Below are positions 52,581 to 64,000 of a stretch of 64,000 nucleotides of DNA, piece after piece. Numbering within the stretch: position 1 is the stretch's first letter; each line of letters starts with the position of its first letter. The notes under the pieces were generated by a model that worked only from the letters and a program-made list of their open reading frames with translations, searched no databases and was not told the DNA's origin. The stretch is from contig NC_134031.1 of the NCBI RefSeq assembly GCF_964204645.1, positions 13,007,807 to 13,071,806 on the forward strand. The letters are read 5' to 3'. A program made the translations under genes and the position numbers. The stretch comes from Tubulanus polymorphus. Lineage: Eukaryota; Animalia; Nemertea.

Positions 52581-53858
52581 AAAAGGTATTGGTATAGTAG
52601 AATTTCTAAATTCTTCAAATAGCAAGTTACAGATATTAAACCTATGGTAGTGTGACCTCTATAGAAAATGTTACACATTTAAAAATTAATTTTTTTAATT
52701 TATGCTAATTAGGTGGATTTTTATGCGCAATTAGAGGGGTTTACGAAAAACACTCTAAAATATAAACCAATTGATATATTGATATAATTCTTTCAGCATT
52801 TGGTTCATAACTAACATGGCTAGTGCCTGTGCCTCTATCTAGTGTTTACACAAGTCACATTTTTCAAAAAATTATTTCAAAGTTGAAACTACACAATTTT
52901 TCAGATATGTTCTACCTAATTATATATTCATAGAGGTGCCTAGCCTACCATAACGTAGATATTAACTTTTCCAAGGCACATGCACTAGCTTTATGTATAG
53001 ATAACAAGTCTTTCAAATTTCAAGGCTCTACCTCAAATACCTTTTTCAAAATCATGTTTTCGGTAATGTGCGTCAGCCGTAAATGATGATTGCGAGAAAA
53101 CACCAATTTTTTTGAAATTTCTCAAGGAATTTGACTTAATTTATCTAAAATGCAACACTTTAGTAGGTTTACACCTATCAAATTGTTCATTTGAATGCTG
53201 GTTACCCTGCAGGTAGCTCCTGTGCCACCATATAGTGCAGAAGTTGCCAAAATTTTCGTCCTGATGCTGAATTTATTGCTTTCACCCTTGGTGGCTGGCT
53301 ATTTTTAGCAGGGGGGGGGGGGGGAGGTGGGCTGATTGGATTACCCGTAAACTTTTTTTCTTTTTCTCTGAATGTTTCTAACTTTTCTCATTGATAGATA
53401 ACAGTTTAAAGTTAATCATTTTACCACTTAAAAGCCCAATGAAGCATGCATTCACGAGACTAAAGCAAAATATGCTATGAAATTCTGTAAAGTCAAAATT
53501 CTGGAAAATTTCATGATTTTCATTTCTTTCAAAAAATGACACCCAACGACCTTCAGATCAATGTTTTGGGTTTTAAAGTCTATTGTGAATCTATTGTAGA
53601 TGGCAGCACTGCACGGGTACAAATGGTATCGGTCTAACACCTCTAAAAGTAACGTAGAACACGTTGCTAAGGGCCGTTGCTAAGGGCTTTGAGATTGGAG
53701 GGGTCTTGTTTGACCCCCAAAATCATGCCTTTGCCGTTATCTGACCACTCCAAAAATTTCGGAGGTCATTCTACCCATCTATAGTGTTCAATAACAGTAC
53801 TTTTAAAAAAACTGAGAAATTTAAGATTTTCCCTGAAATTCTAGTATACCAATACCTT
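52581..53858. mobile_element. Kolobok-like non-autonomous element downstream of DHCR7 stop
   Basis: TIR AAGGTATTGGTATAGTAGAATTTC / GAAATTCTAGTATACCAATACCTT, flanked by TTAA at both ends. Confidence 0.78.
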
Positions 53859-54811
53859 TTAAGAAAAGCGAAATTGAAATCATTTTTAATCCTTTAAATT
53901 ATTTTAACCTTAGTAGTTGGCGATCGTTCTGTCGTAACCCAAAAGCAGAATCAACCGCTCTTAGCAGTTTCCAACACGCTTTGAACTTTGAAGTATGCTT
54001 TGGTTTATAGGTCTACATCAAGCTTTATCCACACACGCGCGCACACACACATATGATGGAATTTCGGAGCGCTTGCCCAATTTTACTTTTTAAAAGGCCA
54101 TGATTTTTTCCCACCGGCCTGATCATGAGAAACACGGTACATGCGGATGGACTTAGGGACCGTTACAATTAATCAGAGTTAGATGATTAATACATGTATA
54201 CGTAATCTGTTGTATAAATGCGATGGCTTATTTGTGAAATTGAGCTCAATAAATGTTTAAGTACAAAGATCTAGGCTATCAGCTGGTTTATGATTTAATG
54301 GTGTTTCAGCATAAAACGTGGTGTAAAAACGAGGCGACTTAGAATCTCTTTAATTCTGTACATCTTAAATTTTGTACGTTTTATACCGACCCTAGGTTAT
54401 GTTAAAGCTACGAGCAATATGCTCGTTAGAGTAAAGGAAATCTGCAAACGATTATCAAGCCTCTGTTGATGGTAGGCTACAGTACTACATGTATTTGCTG
54501 GATGAATGTAGCATCCGGTAAAGCGGCAGACCCCCATGCCACAGGAAGAATTTGAAGCAAATTAGATTCGCCCAACATTTTCAGATTACGTACATGTATA
54601 AGCAATACAGTGGAACCCTGTGATACAACGATTAATCGGATATAACAATATAGAATTTCGTCTCAAGTAAGAAAATTTGATTAATTTCATACTGGATTCG
54701 GCTCAAGTCCAGCATTAAATAGTTCCAGCAGAGACTACACATCGGGCTGCTATTTGAAATTGATCCGCCAATATCGGACTGATTGAAACTTACATTACGC
54801 TATAGGGGCGT

Positions 54812-55330
54812 CATCCTCCCCCGGCAAGGATTCGAACCTGATGGCATCGAAATTGCCACGGCACGAAACCCTGCCATAAACGACCATGTGCGCAGATACA
54901 TGCGCAGGTTTCGCGTGATGTCATTGTCAACCAATCAGAAATCATGTTTCATTTGGTCCATACTTCAGCCCGGGTTTTCCCATTTGTATGATTTCTGGGT
55001 TGTCGAAGCATGGTTTGTTTGTTCGTTCTCGTGTGCTTTGTTATCAAACAGTTATCAAACACAACATCTGATGACTCGATAAACTTTCCAAACCGAAACT
55101 ACGACAGATTTCTTCAAGTATTTGCAGTTCGAATTTACTCAGAGACGAAACGGAATCCATATTGGAATTGATTGCCAAAGCGATTATACAACGAGCAATC
55201 TGATTGGTGCCGCCAGTTTTCGTTCGGATAGTGCGCATGTAACTGCGCACATGGTCGTTTATGGCAGGGCTGAGTGCCGTGGCTGAGTGTAGCGATGCCA
55301 TCAGGTTCGAGTCCCTGCAAAGGGAGGATG
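54812..55330. mobile_element. AcademH-like deletion derivative
   Basis: ~95-bp imperfect TIRs CATCCTCCC...GGGAGGATG; TAGGGGCGT on both sides (right copy offset by TAG); internal minus-strand EEICRSFGLESLSSHQMLCL resembles a RecQ Q-motif. Confidence 0.55.
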
Positions 55331-55369
55331 TAGTAGGGGCGTACGGACATACTGGCTTACCGACATACC

Positions 55370-55650
55370 CGTGCGTGGATTAACCTTATTATAAAGGGGC
55401 TGGGATCGCGGGGCTGCGTGTGGATTACTCTTGTATAAAGTGGCCGGGATCGAGAGGCTGGGTAATGTGCGTGGATTACCCGTGTATAAAATACCTGGGA
55501 CGATCGAGGGGCTGGGTGTTTGCGTGGATTACCCTTGTATAATGTGGCTGGGATCGAGGGCTGGGTATGTGCGTGGATTACTCCTATATAAAGTGGCTAG
55601 GATCGAGGGACAGGGTTTTTCCGTAGATTACCCGTGGCTGGATCAAGGGA
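55370..55650. repeat. ~48-bp minisatellite, ~6 copies
   Basis: GTGCGTGGATTACCCTTGTATAAAGTGGCTGGGATCGAGGGGCTGGGT variants. Confidence 0.85.
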
Positions 55651-55701
55651 CTACGAGTATAGAACGATGACCACACTCAAACGTGGTGAACGGATAATAA
55701 G

Positions 55702-56098
55702 ATAAAATCCCACTATTTACATAGATTTACAGATTACAGATTTACTATTTACAGATTTTATGAATTTAACTTTAGAAGATATACTTATTTTAGGATATTC
55801 AACATCAGTAATTATTTTTATTATTTCTTTCTTATTTTCTAAATGTTTTTTATTTTCTTCTAATGTTTTTCCTTTATGAAATTTAAACTCGATAGCTGCT
55901 GGGCCAATATCACTTTTAAATGCTTCGGTTATCTCTATATCTTTTTTAATTAACCAATCTATGTTACATTTATGTGACGTCACACCTGACGATGATCTCT
56001 AGTGTGAGATCGAAACGTCGTGTCTTTTAATTATTTTAGATTTAATAAATAAATTCTGGTTTTTAAATTCTTTTAATCTGTAAATAGTGGGATTTTTT
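55702..56098 (+). mobile_element. Penelope-like pLTR fragment with inverted terminal segment
   Basis: Contains a hammerhead core and AATAAA; AAAATCCCACTATTTAC at the left is the inverse of GTAAATAGTGGGATTTT at the right. Confidence 0.65.
55982..56023 (+). ncRNA. Minimal type I hammerhead ribozyme
   Basis: ACAC-CTGACGA-T-GATCTC(TAGTGT)GAGATC-GAAAC-GTC^-GTGT: core boxes, 6-bp stem II, 4-bp stem I, palindromic minimal stem III. Confidence 0.8.
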
Positions 56099-56920
56099 CA
56101 GACTATGAGTATGTCGGTATGTCAGTAGAAAAATGCAGTTCGGCGCCGAATTAATCCTTGAAAGATTCTTTTTGTTATATGCCAGTTTGTCGATATGTTG
56201 GTTTTGGTTGTCAGTATGTTGGTAGAAAACTGAGTGCCAGGTCGACGTGGTCTCCAAAAATGTTGGGCTACCCTACTAACTTAACCACATCTGCTACAAT
56301 AGTGACTGAGTGACTCGGTCGGCATGCAACTGAATGCTGAGTAATCGTACCAGCGCACGCACGACTCCTCTACACCCGTCAAGCTAGGGATTCGAAATCA
56401 CTAGGCTAAAGCCGAACGCGAGTTCCGGAGCGATACTGGGCCCCTGGCAAGCGAGGATGCAAAGGACTTAAAATACCGAAGTTCATTGGTTCTACTTCAC
56501 GGGTTCAGATCATCAGTCGATCAGTCACTTGATATTCATACGTACATTACAAAATGGTCCTATAAGGGCAATTCGAACTACTCTAGTTATGTTAATACAT
56601 GTACATGGGCCTCCACGCATCTTCAGTGGGTGAACGAATGACCCTGTCTCACAGGTCAAATCCCCGAGATAACGTATGGTATACGGGAACTGACGATTAC
56701 AAGTGCCTTTTTTGTTTTTTTTTTAGAATTGATGGACGGCTGAATGTGCCCCTTTTGTTTAAGATTATTCGTCTCGTTCGGTAAAAACGTTCCCTTTTCT
56801 AATTTGGATTGATAGAAACGACTACAAGTGCTCTTTCTTGTTTGGAATTTATGTGCCCTTTTCTCGTCTAGATAAAATGTACCCTTTTTCTACTTTGGGA
56901 ATGACATAGCGACCTATTTG

Positions 56921-57766
56921 ATATGGAAATACTAAGTTATTCTACAATTCAACGTCCCCTGGTGACCATATGGAATAACTAATGTCCTTAAAACTCACCA
57001 AAATCATAGACGATGTCATGAGCTACAACTTTGTAATTGATTGAAGTAACAAAATATGCATTGGTACAAATATAATATAGAAATACTAAGATATTGTATT
57101 ACTCAACACCCCCTGGTGGACATATACAAAAACCAATGACTTTGAAACTCACCACAATAATCATAGAACACGTTATAAGCTACAACTTTCTAATTCATTC
57201 ATGCGGTAACAAAATATGCTTAGTTATCAATATAATGTCGAAAAACTTTTTCCCGCCTATGAATGAGTACTGATGACACCAAGATGGCCGCCAATTGCGT
57301 CATAATTGGCTGATCAAAAATACCTGTCTCCGGTATAAAACATCCCTTTCCAAAGAGTGCCCATCAGCGATTGCAATGAAAAATGGCAAACCAGTAGGTA
57401 GCTACAGGAGTCAGAATTAGGGCCAAAATTGACATTTTTGGACACTTAAAAGGTCATAGGACGGCCATCTTGAGTCCGATCGATCCGATTTTAGTTATGC
57501 TGATGGGCCCTAGGGGCTTCAAATATATACGAAAGATCAAGGTAATCAATCAAAGCGTCTTCAAAATTTCCCTCAAAAAGTTCAAAAATGTGTAAAAAGT
57601 GCTGATTTCGGCGAACAACAATGATTCTGACAGGGCCAGTTTTTGGGCTGAAGATGTGTCTAGGGTAGATACATGTGAACCCCAAGTATCAAAACATTAC
57701 ATTGAAGCGTCTTCAAAACTTCCAAAAATAACTGGATTCCGTCTAAAGTCCCAAGTGGGCTAAAAA
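56921..57766 (-). mobile_element. HINE family 2, copy 2 (opposite subTIR retained)
   Basis: Homologous to 39450-40200; ends CCCAAGTGGGCTAAAAA, the complement of the copy 1 subTIR. Confidence 0.75.
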
Positions 57767-58429
57767 GGGGTGGGTTCCCAAGGAACCGACCCTCTATATC
57801 CGCGACTGTCGAGTAATGATTTGAAGCCACAGTGTAGATATAGGGTTATTATTAAATCAGAGGTTTGTAAGAGCTTGAAAATCAAATGCGTCTGGCATGC
57901 ATTCCGTGTATGATAGCTATGGGTTATCCCCAAATGCTTTCCATAGATAATTTTTGCTTTTATTATGTGTGTATCTAGTTACGTGGTCTGCAAGTATGGT
58001 TTGCGAGTTTTTAGTTTATGTGTAAATCGAGCATGAGTGGTTTTGGGTATAAGTACTGGGTAGGATTTTGTAAGTTGTCTGTGTAGCAGAAGTTGCCAGT
58101 GTAGCAGTCTGTGGGCCTTCTAGTGTGCAGTTATTGAACTACTGTTTTAGTGTGTAGGTAGGTGGAACCCCAGTTTTAGCTGCTAATGATGCAGGATATA
58201 TTGATGGATCTTGCCTCCAATCAGAGAACATAAGATGATTACAAGTCCACTGATTTGACTTTCCTAAATTTATAGTTCCGGGCATGCTAAAAGAATAATG
58301 GACGTTCACGTAGTAAGCTATAGAAGACGAGAAATCACTTCTGTAAAAAATCTTACAAGTTACAAATATCACCTTTATTATACACATGATAACATCAATT
58401 ATTATTAGATATCCTAAAATCAACAAACA

Positions 58430-58594
58430 TCAGATCTGTAATGATCCCATGCCACTAACGATTGTTGTCTCATCTTCCGAATCGTCCATACCAACATCAT
58501 CACTTCCTACTGGCTCACCACTCAGACGCTGCCGGTGTCGATCCATCGCACGTTTCTTTTTATCCATTTTCTTCAATCGATTTGAAAGAATTTT
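58430..58594 (-). CDS. Putative terminal coding exon of an unidentified host gene
   Basis: Acceptor TTTTTTTCTTAATTAG, then KILSNRLKKMDKKKRAMDRHRQRLSGEPVGSDDVGMDDSEDETTIVSGMGSLQI*; phase 0, compatible with the upstream exon. Confidence 0.62.
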   Translation of the reverse strand, partial: KILSNRLKKMDKKKRAMDRHRQRLSGEPVGSDDVGMDDSEDETTIVSGMGSLQI

Positions 58595-58758
58595 CTAATT
58601 AAGAAAAAAAGATATAACTGGCTACCGATTCATTACAAGGAATTTCTTTCGATTTTTAACGACACAGCTATGGCAATGATTTGTAAAAATTTCCCTTGCA
58701 GTAACACTACATCATTCATATCTGATCATCGTTAGAAAGTAGTGGTCTTCAATAACAG

Positions 58759-59610
58759 GGGCCGGTTTCACAAAGCATAATTAACTTTAATTATAATTAG
58801 GACCTAAATCATGATTAAATTTCCTTAATCATGATTTGTTAATTACGATTAAAATTCGGTTTCACGAAAGGGTTTAATTACAAAATTAACTAATTACATA
58901 ATTAGGCAACTTAATTACAATTTAACTGTATCAAAATGGCGGAACTTTAGACAGCCATTTGCTGTTCAAGCAAAATAACCTTCCTTGTTTAGAGGAAAAG
59001 AGAAATTCACTCCTTTGGGAGTTAAAGATTGCGCTGAAAGGTCTCAGGAACCAGTGGAAAAACTTAGCAAGATGTCTCAAAAGTTTTTAAATAGAAACTC
59101 ACCTCCAGTCAGCAAAATAAAATCCTCGTAAATGGGGTTTATTTCCGAGCAGTGATTAGCACTTTTTAACACTAACTCCATAGATATGTACTCTACTGAC
59201 GGAAATCTATCATATGTATGGACAAAATCAATTAATTCAATACTTCTAAGTATGTGGTGGTCGTGCTGACAAAAACATAGGACGTTTGAAAATAAATCAA
59301 TAGAATTTATATTGACATGCCTTTTTTACAAAAGGCAAAAAATCCAAATTATTTGAGCCAAACAATCTGAAAAACTGAATAAGTGTAGGAATTGCCGTCG
59401 TCAATTAATAAACACCAAATTCCATGAATAATATCTGCAGCTTTGGTTTAATTACACTCTAGAGGAGAATTAAATTTTGTTATTAACTTAATTATAATTA
59501 AAGTTAATTACGTTTTGTGAAACACCTAACTTGATTAAATCATGATAATTTGATCATGATTAGTGATTTAATCATAATTAAGGGTTAATTACGCTTTGTG
59601 AAACCGGCCC
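58759..59610. mobile_element. Harbinger-type MITE in intron
   Basis: TIR GGGCCGGTTTCACAAAGC.TAATTAAC; 3-bp TSD CAG. Confidence 0.85.
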
Positions 59611-59858
59611 CAGGTAATTATGCGTACGCACTTGCACTGCCCAGTGTTCTGCATTTACCCAAAAAAATTCTGAATTTTCGATTTTATAGAAAAATTGTCT
59701 CACATATGTTTCTTTACTGTTTGCTAGGGGTTTCTGTCGAATGATCAGTAAACCCCAATTAATAACAGAATACAGGCATAAGAGTGGAACTCTTGGCCTG
59801 GCTTGAGTTTTTAGCACACAACTTAGTTTCTAAACTGGTTAATTTAGTTTAAGCCTAC

Positions 59859-60007
59859 CTTATCCTTTGGTTGTTTAGGTCTGGCACCCACTGGTGGTGG
59901 CGGCCGATCTTTATTCACATCTGAACTTATTATGGGTGACCCAAATAAACGATTCCCAGAACCATTTTGTCCCCACAAGTCATTTTTTGAAGGTATTGGT
60001 GCAGGTT
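59859..60007 (-). CDS. Putative penultimate exon of the same unidentified gene
   Basis: TTCAAATTACAG acceptor, AAG|GTAGGC donor; encodes PAPIPSKNDLWGQNGSGNRLFGSPIISSDVNKDRPPPPVGARPKQPKDK. Confidence 0.6.
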
Positions 60008-61080
60008 CTGTAATTTGAAAATAAACGAGAAACAAAATTCTTAATATGGACTTTCCTAAATTTACATGATGGTGTATGTTTAATCCAGTATCAAAATTAA
60101 ATGTCAGTAAATATACCCTAGAGTTTATGCATTAATAATTCATAAATATTTCATTATAAGCCTACTTGTTATTTCAGATTTAGAATACATGGTTGTTGTT
60201 ATTGTATACCACCGCGGTGCGCAATTCAGGGATCATTGTGCCACTCCTGGCCCAAATTCAATGCCATCCACTGCTATGTTATGCCAAATTCACTTCCAAC
60301 TGCAGTGACTTTTTAAGAAATGCCCTTTTCTATTGACACGATCTCCATGAAGTCCTACGTAGCATCTACACACAACTGCCCAATGAATCATCATAAATAT
60401 GCATGGTAGTGGGTTTTCGCCAATCACTCATAGGGTAGATGTTAGATCCTAACCCTTCTGATCTTCAGGCCTAGTTTTATCGGTTGAAAAAGCCGCCATT
60501 TTGAGTTCAACTCAGTTATAGGATCTAACCCTCAAATAGTCACTCTCCATGTGCATGGTGTGAACCTGGATGCTGATTTCATTTATTATGTACACTGTCA
60601 TTCTATAAATCATTTCTATAAATTTCACTGCTTTTCACGGCAGTGAATCATTTTTCAATTAAGTGCTGTTCACTGCTTTAACAGCCCCAGCTTTAACAGC
60701 CAACAATCCCAGGCAGTGGAATGAATCATTTGCAGTTTCCAAGAAAACTTAGGCCACACGTGAGGCGCGCTTTTCATAAACATGTACACGCAGAGATGAA
60801 TACACAACATAGCAGTGAGTCTGTAATGCGCACGTGTGTGAAGCATGGATATAAGTGACAGGGCATGTATTCTTCTGGAACGAAATGTAGTTCCAACAAC
60901 AAATAGATAACTAAATTAATAAATAAGCAACGTATTCCGATAAAATTCAATAGGGTTAGAGATATTTTATTACTGCATGAATGTTTTGAAAGATCCGAAG
61001 AGAAACTAAGCCTCGTTCAGAAGTTATTTTGTACTAAACGAAGAAAATTTCATATGCGATAGAAAAATGGACTTCGCTAA

Positions 61081-61570
61081 GGGACCATTCATTAAGTACG
61101 TAAGCAAAAAATAGTACCTTTTTTCAAGGTCGTACTGTGTACGCACATTGTAGTACATTGCCGATGACCTCCAACCTAACATACGCAATGATTGATCATG
61201 TAGTATAAAACATAAACAAACACCTGTTATCTACTGGTCTGTATATCATAGTATAAATAAATTTGATTATTGAGACTAATTATCACGCCATATAGCTTGC
61301 CCCTCTTGGAGGGATTTACTAGGATGCACCCTTTTAAAAGGGGCATTGAATTCATTATATTGTTCCAGACTCATGGCTGAACAACTACCAACAACTACCT
61401 ACCAGGCTACTACGAGATTATACAGTAGCAATTAGTGTTGATTTATTAAGTATGTACACTTAGTGTACTTAGTGTAAATAGCTACCTAGTATTGTACGCA
61501 GATTGTATGCTTTTGCCGTTGAGGTCCTACCTAAGGCTTGTGTACGTACATGTATTTAATGAACGGTCCC
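61081..61570. mobile_element. Zator/Harbinger-like MITE
   Basis: GGGACCATTCATTAAGTAC ... TATTTAATGAACGGTCCC; TSD TAA. Confidence 0.75.
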
Positions 61571-63512
61571 TAAAGTGAAAGTCCAAAAAATATAGCTACA
61601 AAGCAGCAATTACAGGTTTTCTGCCAAGCAACATCCGTAAGCTTTGATATACCAACTAAATGGAATTATTCATTCGATACAACTTGTGAGAAACAACAGT
61701 CGAAATATTAATATACATTTTTTTTCCTCTTTATGATACACCAAAACATATTTGAAAATATAGGTGCATAGCAGCGATAATGGGTTTCTGCCTAATTGGT
61801 TCATATGTCGCACTGGGAAGCTACAAAGATTCCATCGAAATCATTCTCATCAGTTAATAACATATGGCCATTTTGAAGGGGCACAACCTACTGGTCAACA
61901 CATAATCAGGATATGTGGAGCCATAAGGGCTACCACGTAGAAAATACTGATGTATCAAGTTTAGTCGAAATGGCTTTGAAGGTACTGAAGATATGGTGCT
62001 TTCATAGTCCCCTGGTGGCAGTTGCATGTTCTAATCATAATTGTTGGCATAATGCACATATGTTTATGTACTAAAACCAGCTTTGAAACCAAACTTAACA
62101 CGTATACTCAATAAATATTAATTGATTTCTACAGACATTAATTTTTGGTATTCATTAACCATTTTGATATTATCACATCACTGTGACCTTGATCTGTTCT
62201 ATCAAGACTCAATCTCATTCTGGTGAGTTGATCCACTGAACAAAGTAACAGAGATAAGAATGTATCACTACGCTAATTCGATTCAATAAATAATATGTTT
62301 TATTGATATATTTGAATACATGTATAAGTTCTTGATCACTGATTATAATAAGCACTATTATCAATAAATCATAAATTGCTAGGCTGTTACAAACAAATGG
62401 TCAGTAAATTTCTAGATTTGTAGACCAATTGGCAATAACAGTAAGCCTCTGGCCAAAGTTGATACTGGCGTTATTGGATTACGAAACCATTGAAGATTTG
62501 CAGCTGAAAGCCAGACAGACATACAGACACATTCGATTGACTCCCCGTTTAGAGTGCAAAACAGTGTATGATATTGCATGGGGGGTCGGGCATCTTCACC
62601 CATCAAGGGATTCAAACTCACTACGCTTAAAACTGTTCCCCAAACCTCATGACCTCGCGAGTTGTTAAGAGTCGTAATTGGCTGACCAGAATCCGGTCGT
62701 ACCTATCACAGCACTTGTAACAAACAACATAAGGCTTCTGTTGGAATTCACGAAATGGACCAATCAGCAAACATTTAACCTAACAAGAAAGTATTTTGCA
62801 AATCAGTGTACGACGTCATGCGCAAAAGCGCCAGTAATGAAATCACGCGTCGTGAGGATAGGGGGCTGGTGGGTGCGAGTTCGGGGAGCGATACGGGTCC
62901 CTGGCAAGTGAGGATGGGAGTTGGATGAGTAGAACGTTGTGACGATATCTACCATGTTGAGAATTACCAGCTTACAATAGATCTGGCTATAAGAAAATTC
63001 CCATTTAGTGTGATCGCGCGACCAACCTATTGAAAACTATAAATAAAATCTCTATTAAGCCGATACAAATCAAACAGAAATACGTAAGAAAAGATATGCT
63101 TTGGCTTTGATCCATGCACCTACTGCACGCCAGACCAGCGCGTTACCCGCTGCTATTCGGGTCTATTCAATCGGGTCTATTCAATTCCGGGCTGATGTTA
63201 GTCTGAATCCGTGATTTACAGTTGAGTTTGAGGCTCAAGGTTGTCTGGTAATTTGTAGGCTTTTCGGGAAGTATTTTTATCAATGGATGACAATTCTTTA
63301 CGACATTCTGGTTGCTGTTTAGACCTGGTAATTACACGGGATTAATTCATAATAAATTACTAAACGCAAATTCGAAATGGTCAGACGCTAAGTTATATTA
63401 CTGTCAGAAATGAAAATTACGTTTATAAGCTGTTAGTAGTAGAATCTGAGAGGAGTTACATTTTATGAAAAAATTTTGGCTGGAAAGTGGAAATCTAATA
63501 ATCATGGGAATG

Positions 63513-63560
63513 ACATGAGGGTTTCTGCGAAGCAGCAGAAACCCTAGTCATAATGTATCA
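63513..63560 (-). mobile_element. Probable HINE-type terminal hairpin
   Basis: GGGTTTCTGC-GAAGCA-GCAGAAACCC stem-loop; partner end not identified. Confidence 0.35.
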
Positions 63561-64000
63561 CAAAAATCTTTTTTTTAAAACTTTTATTTTCTTACAATAA
63601 CACACCTTAGATGTTTAAAATTATAACAAAAATTAGGGTTTATTATTTCAATCATAATTTTATGAATGATAATGTATTATTCAATAATAAAATATAATTT
63701 TACCAGCCCTGGTTTAAATATCCCCATAAAATTTCATGATCCTAGACGAAACACTTATGGAGTTATAGAAGCAAACAATTTCAGCGGCGTTGTCATATCA
63801 CAGAACACCAGAATCACAGAATATTCCAAAAGCAGGGAGGTTCATAGAAAATATGAATAGTCACAGGATTTTTATTCAGCAGCTGACCCATTTATCATTG
63901 AAGAAATCTATTCAATCAGCTGGGAAGACCTCAAGTCAAATACAGCGTAGTTAAGCAAGGGGTTACAGGGGTTAGATTCTAAAAATTGTAGGAGCTCTAC

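Noticed and set aside
55262-55325. tRNA gene
   Set aside because: A/B-box spacing too short and no cloverleaf or anticodon arm; part of a TIR.
57270-57300. Second hammerhead (CTGATGA)
   Set aside because: No stem II/GAAA partner, and the homologous copy at ~39791 reads CTAATGA.
60165-60573. Additional upstream exon of the minus-strand gene
   Set aside because: Plausible splice signals, but all three frames contain stops near the 3' end.
28000-64000. Most 60-120 aa ORFs in the track
   Set aside because: No recognisable motifs; many begin at non-ATG codons or are antisense to TE genes.

Overview
Eukaryotic DNA, most likely from an invertebrate animal (inferred from GT-AG introns and the TE families present). 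Bases 1 to ~32 kb are a nested transposon stack. A minus-strand Gypsy is interrupted by three elements: a full-length plus-strand LINE (itself carrying a Helentron/HINE), a 4.97-kb AT-rich palindromic element with Polinton/Maverick-type ends (AG...CT, 6-bp TSD), and a minus-strand CR1-like LINE. That LINE carries a complete BEL/Pao element, which carries a second, diverged Polinton-like copy with a 3.5-kb 24-bp satellite. The region from 32 to 50 kb holds MITEs, LTR/LINE fragments and a complete Copia interrupted by an IS3EU-like element. At 51.0-52.4 kb there is an intact single-exon-CDS sterol delta-7 reductase of the plant DWF5-like type with a CCAAT/E-box promoter. Downstream are more non-autonomous elements, a Penelope-type hammerhead ribozyme and the last two exons of an unidentified minus-strand gene. 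The most unusual item is the gene-bearing, satellite-carrying foldback Polinton-like family. All calls come from reading motifs by eye; no database searches were run.
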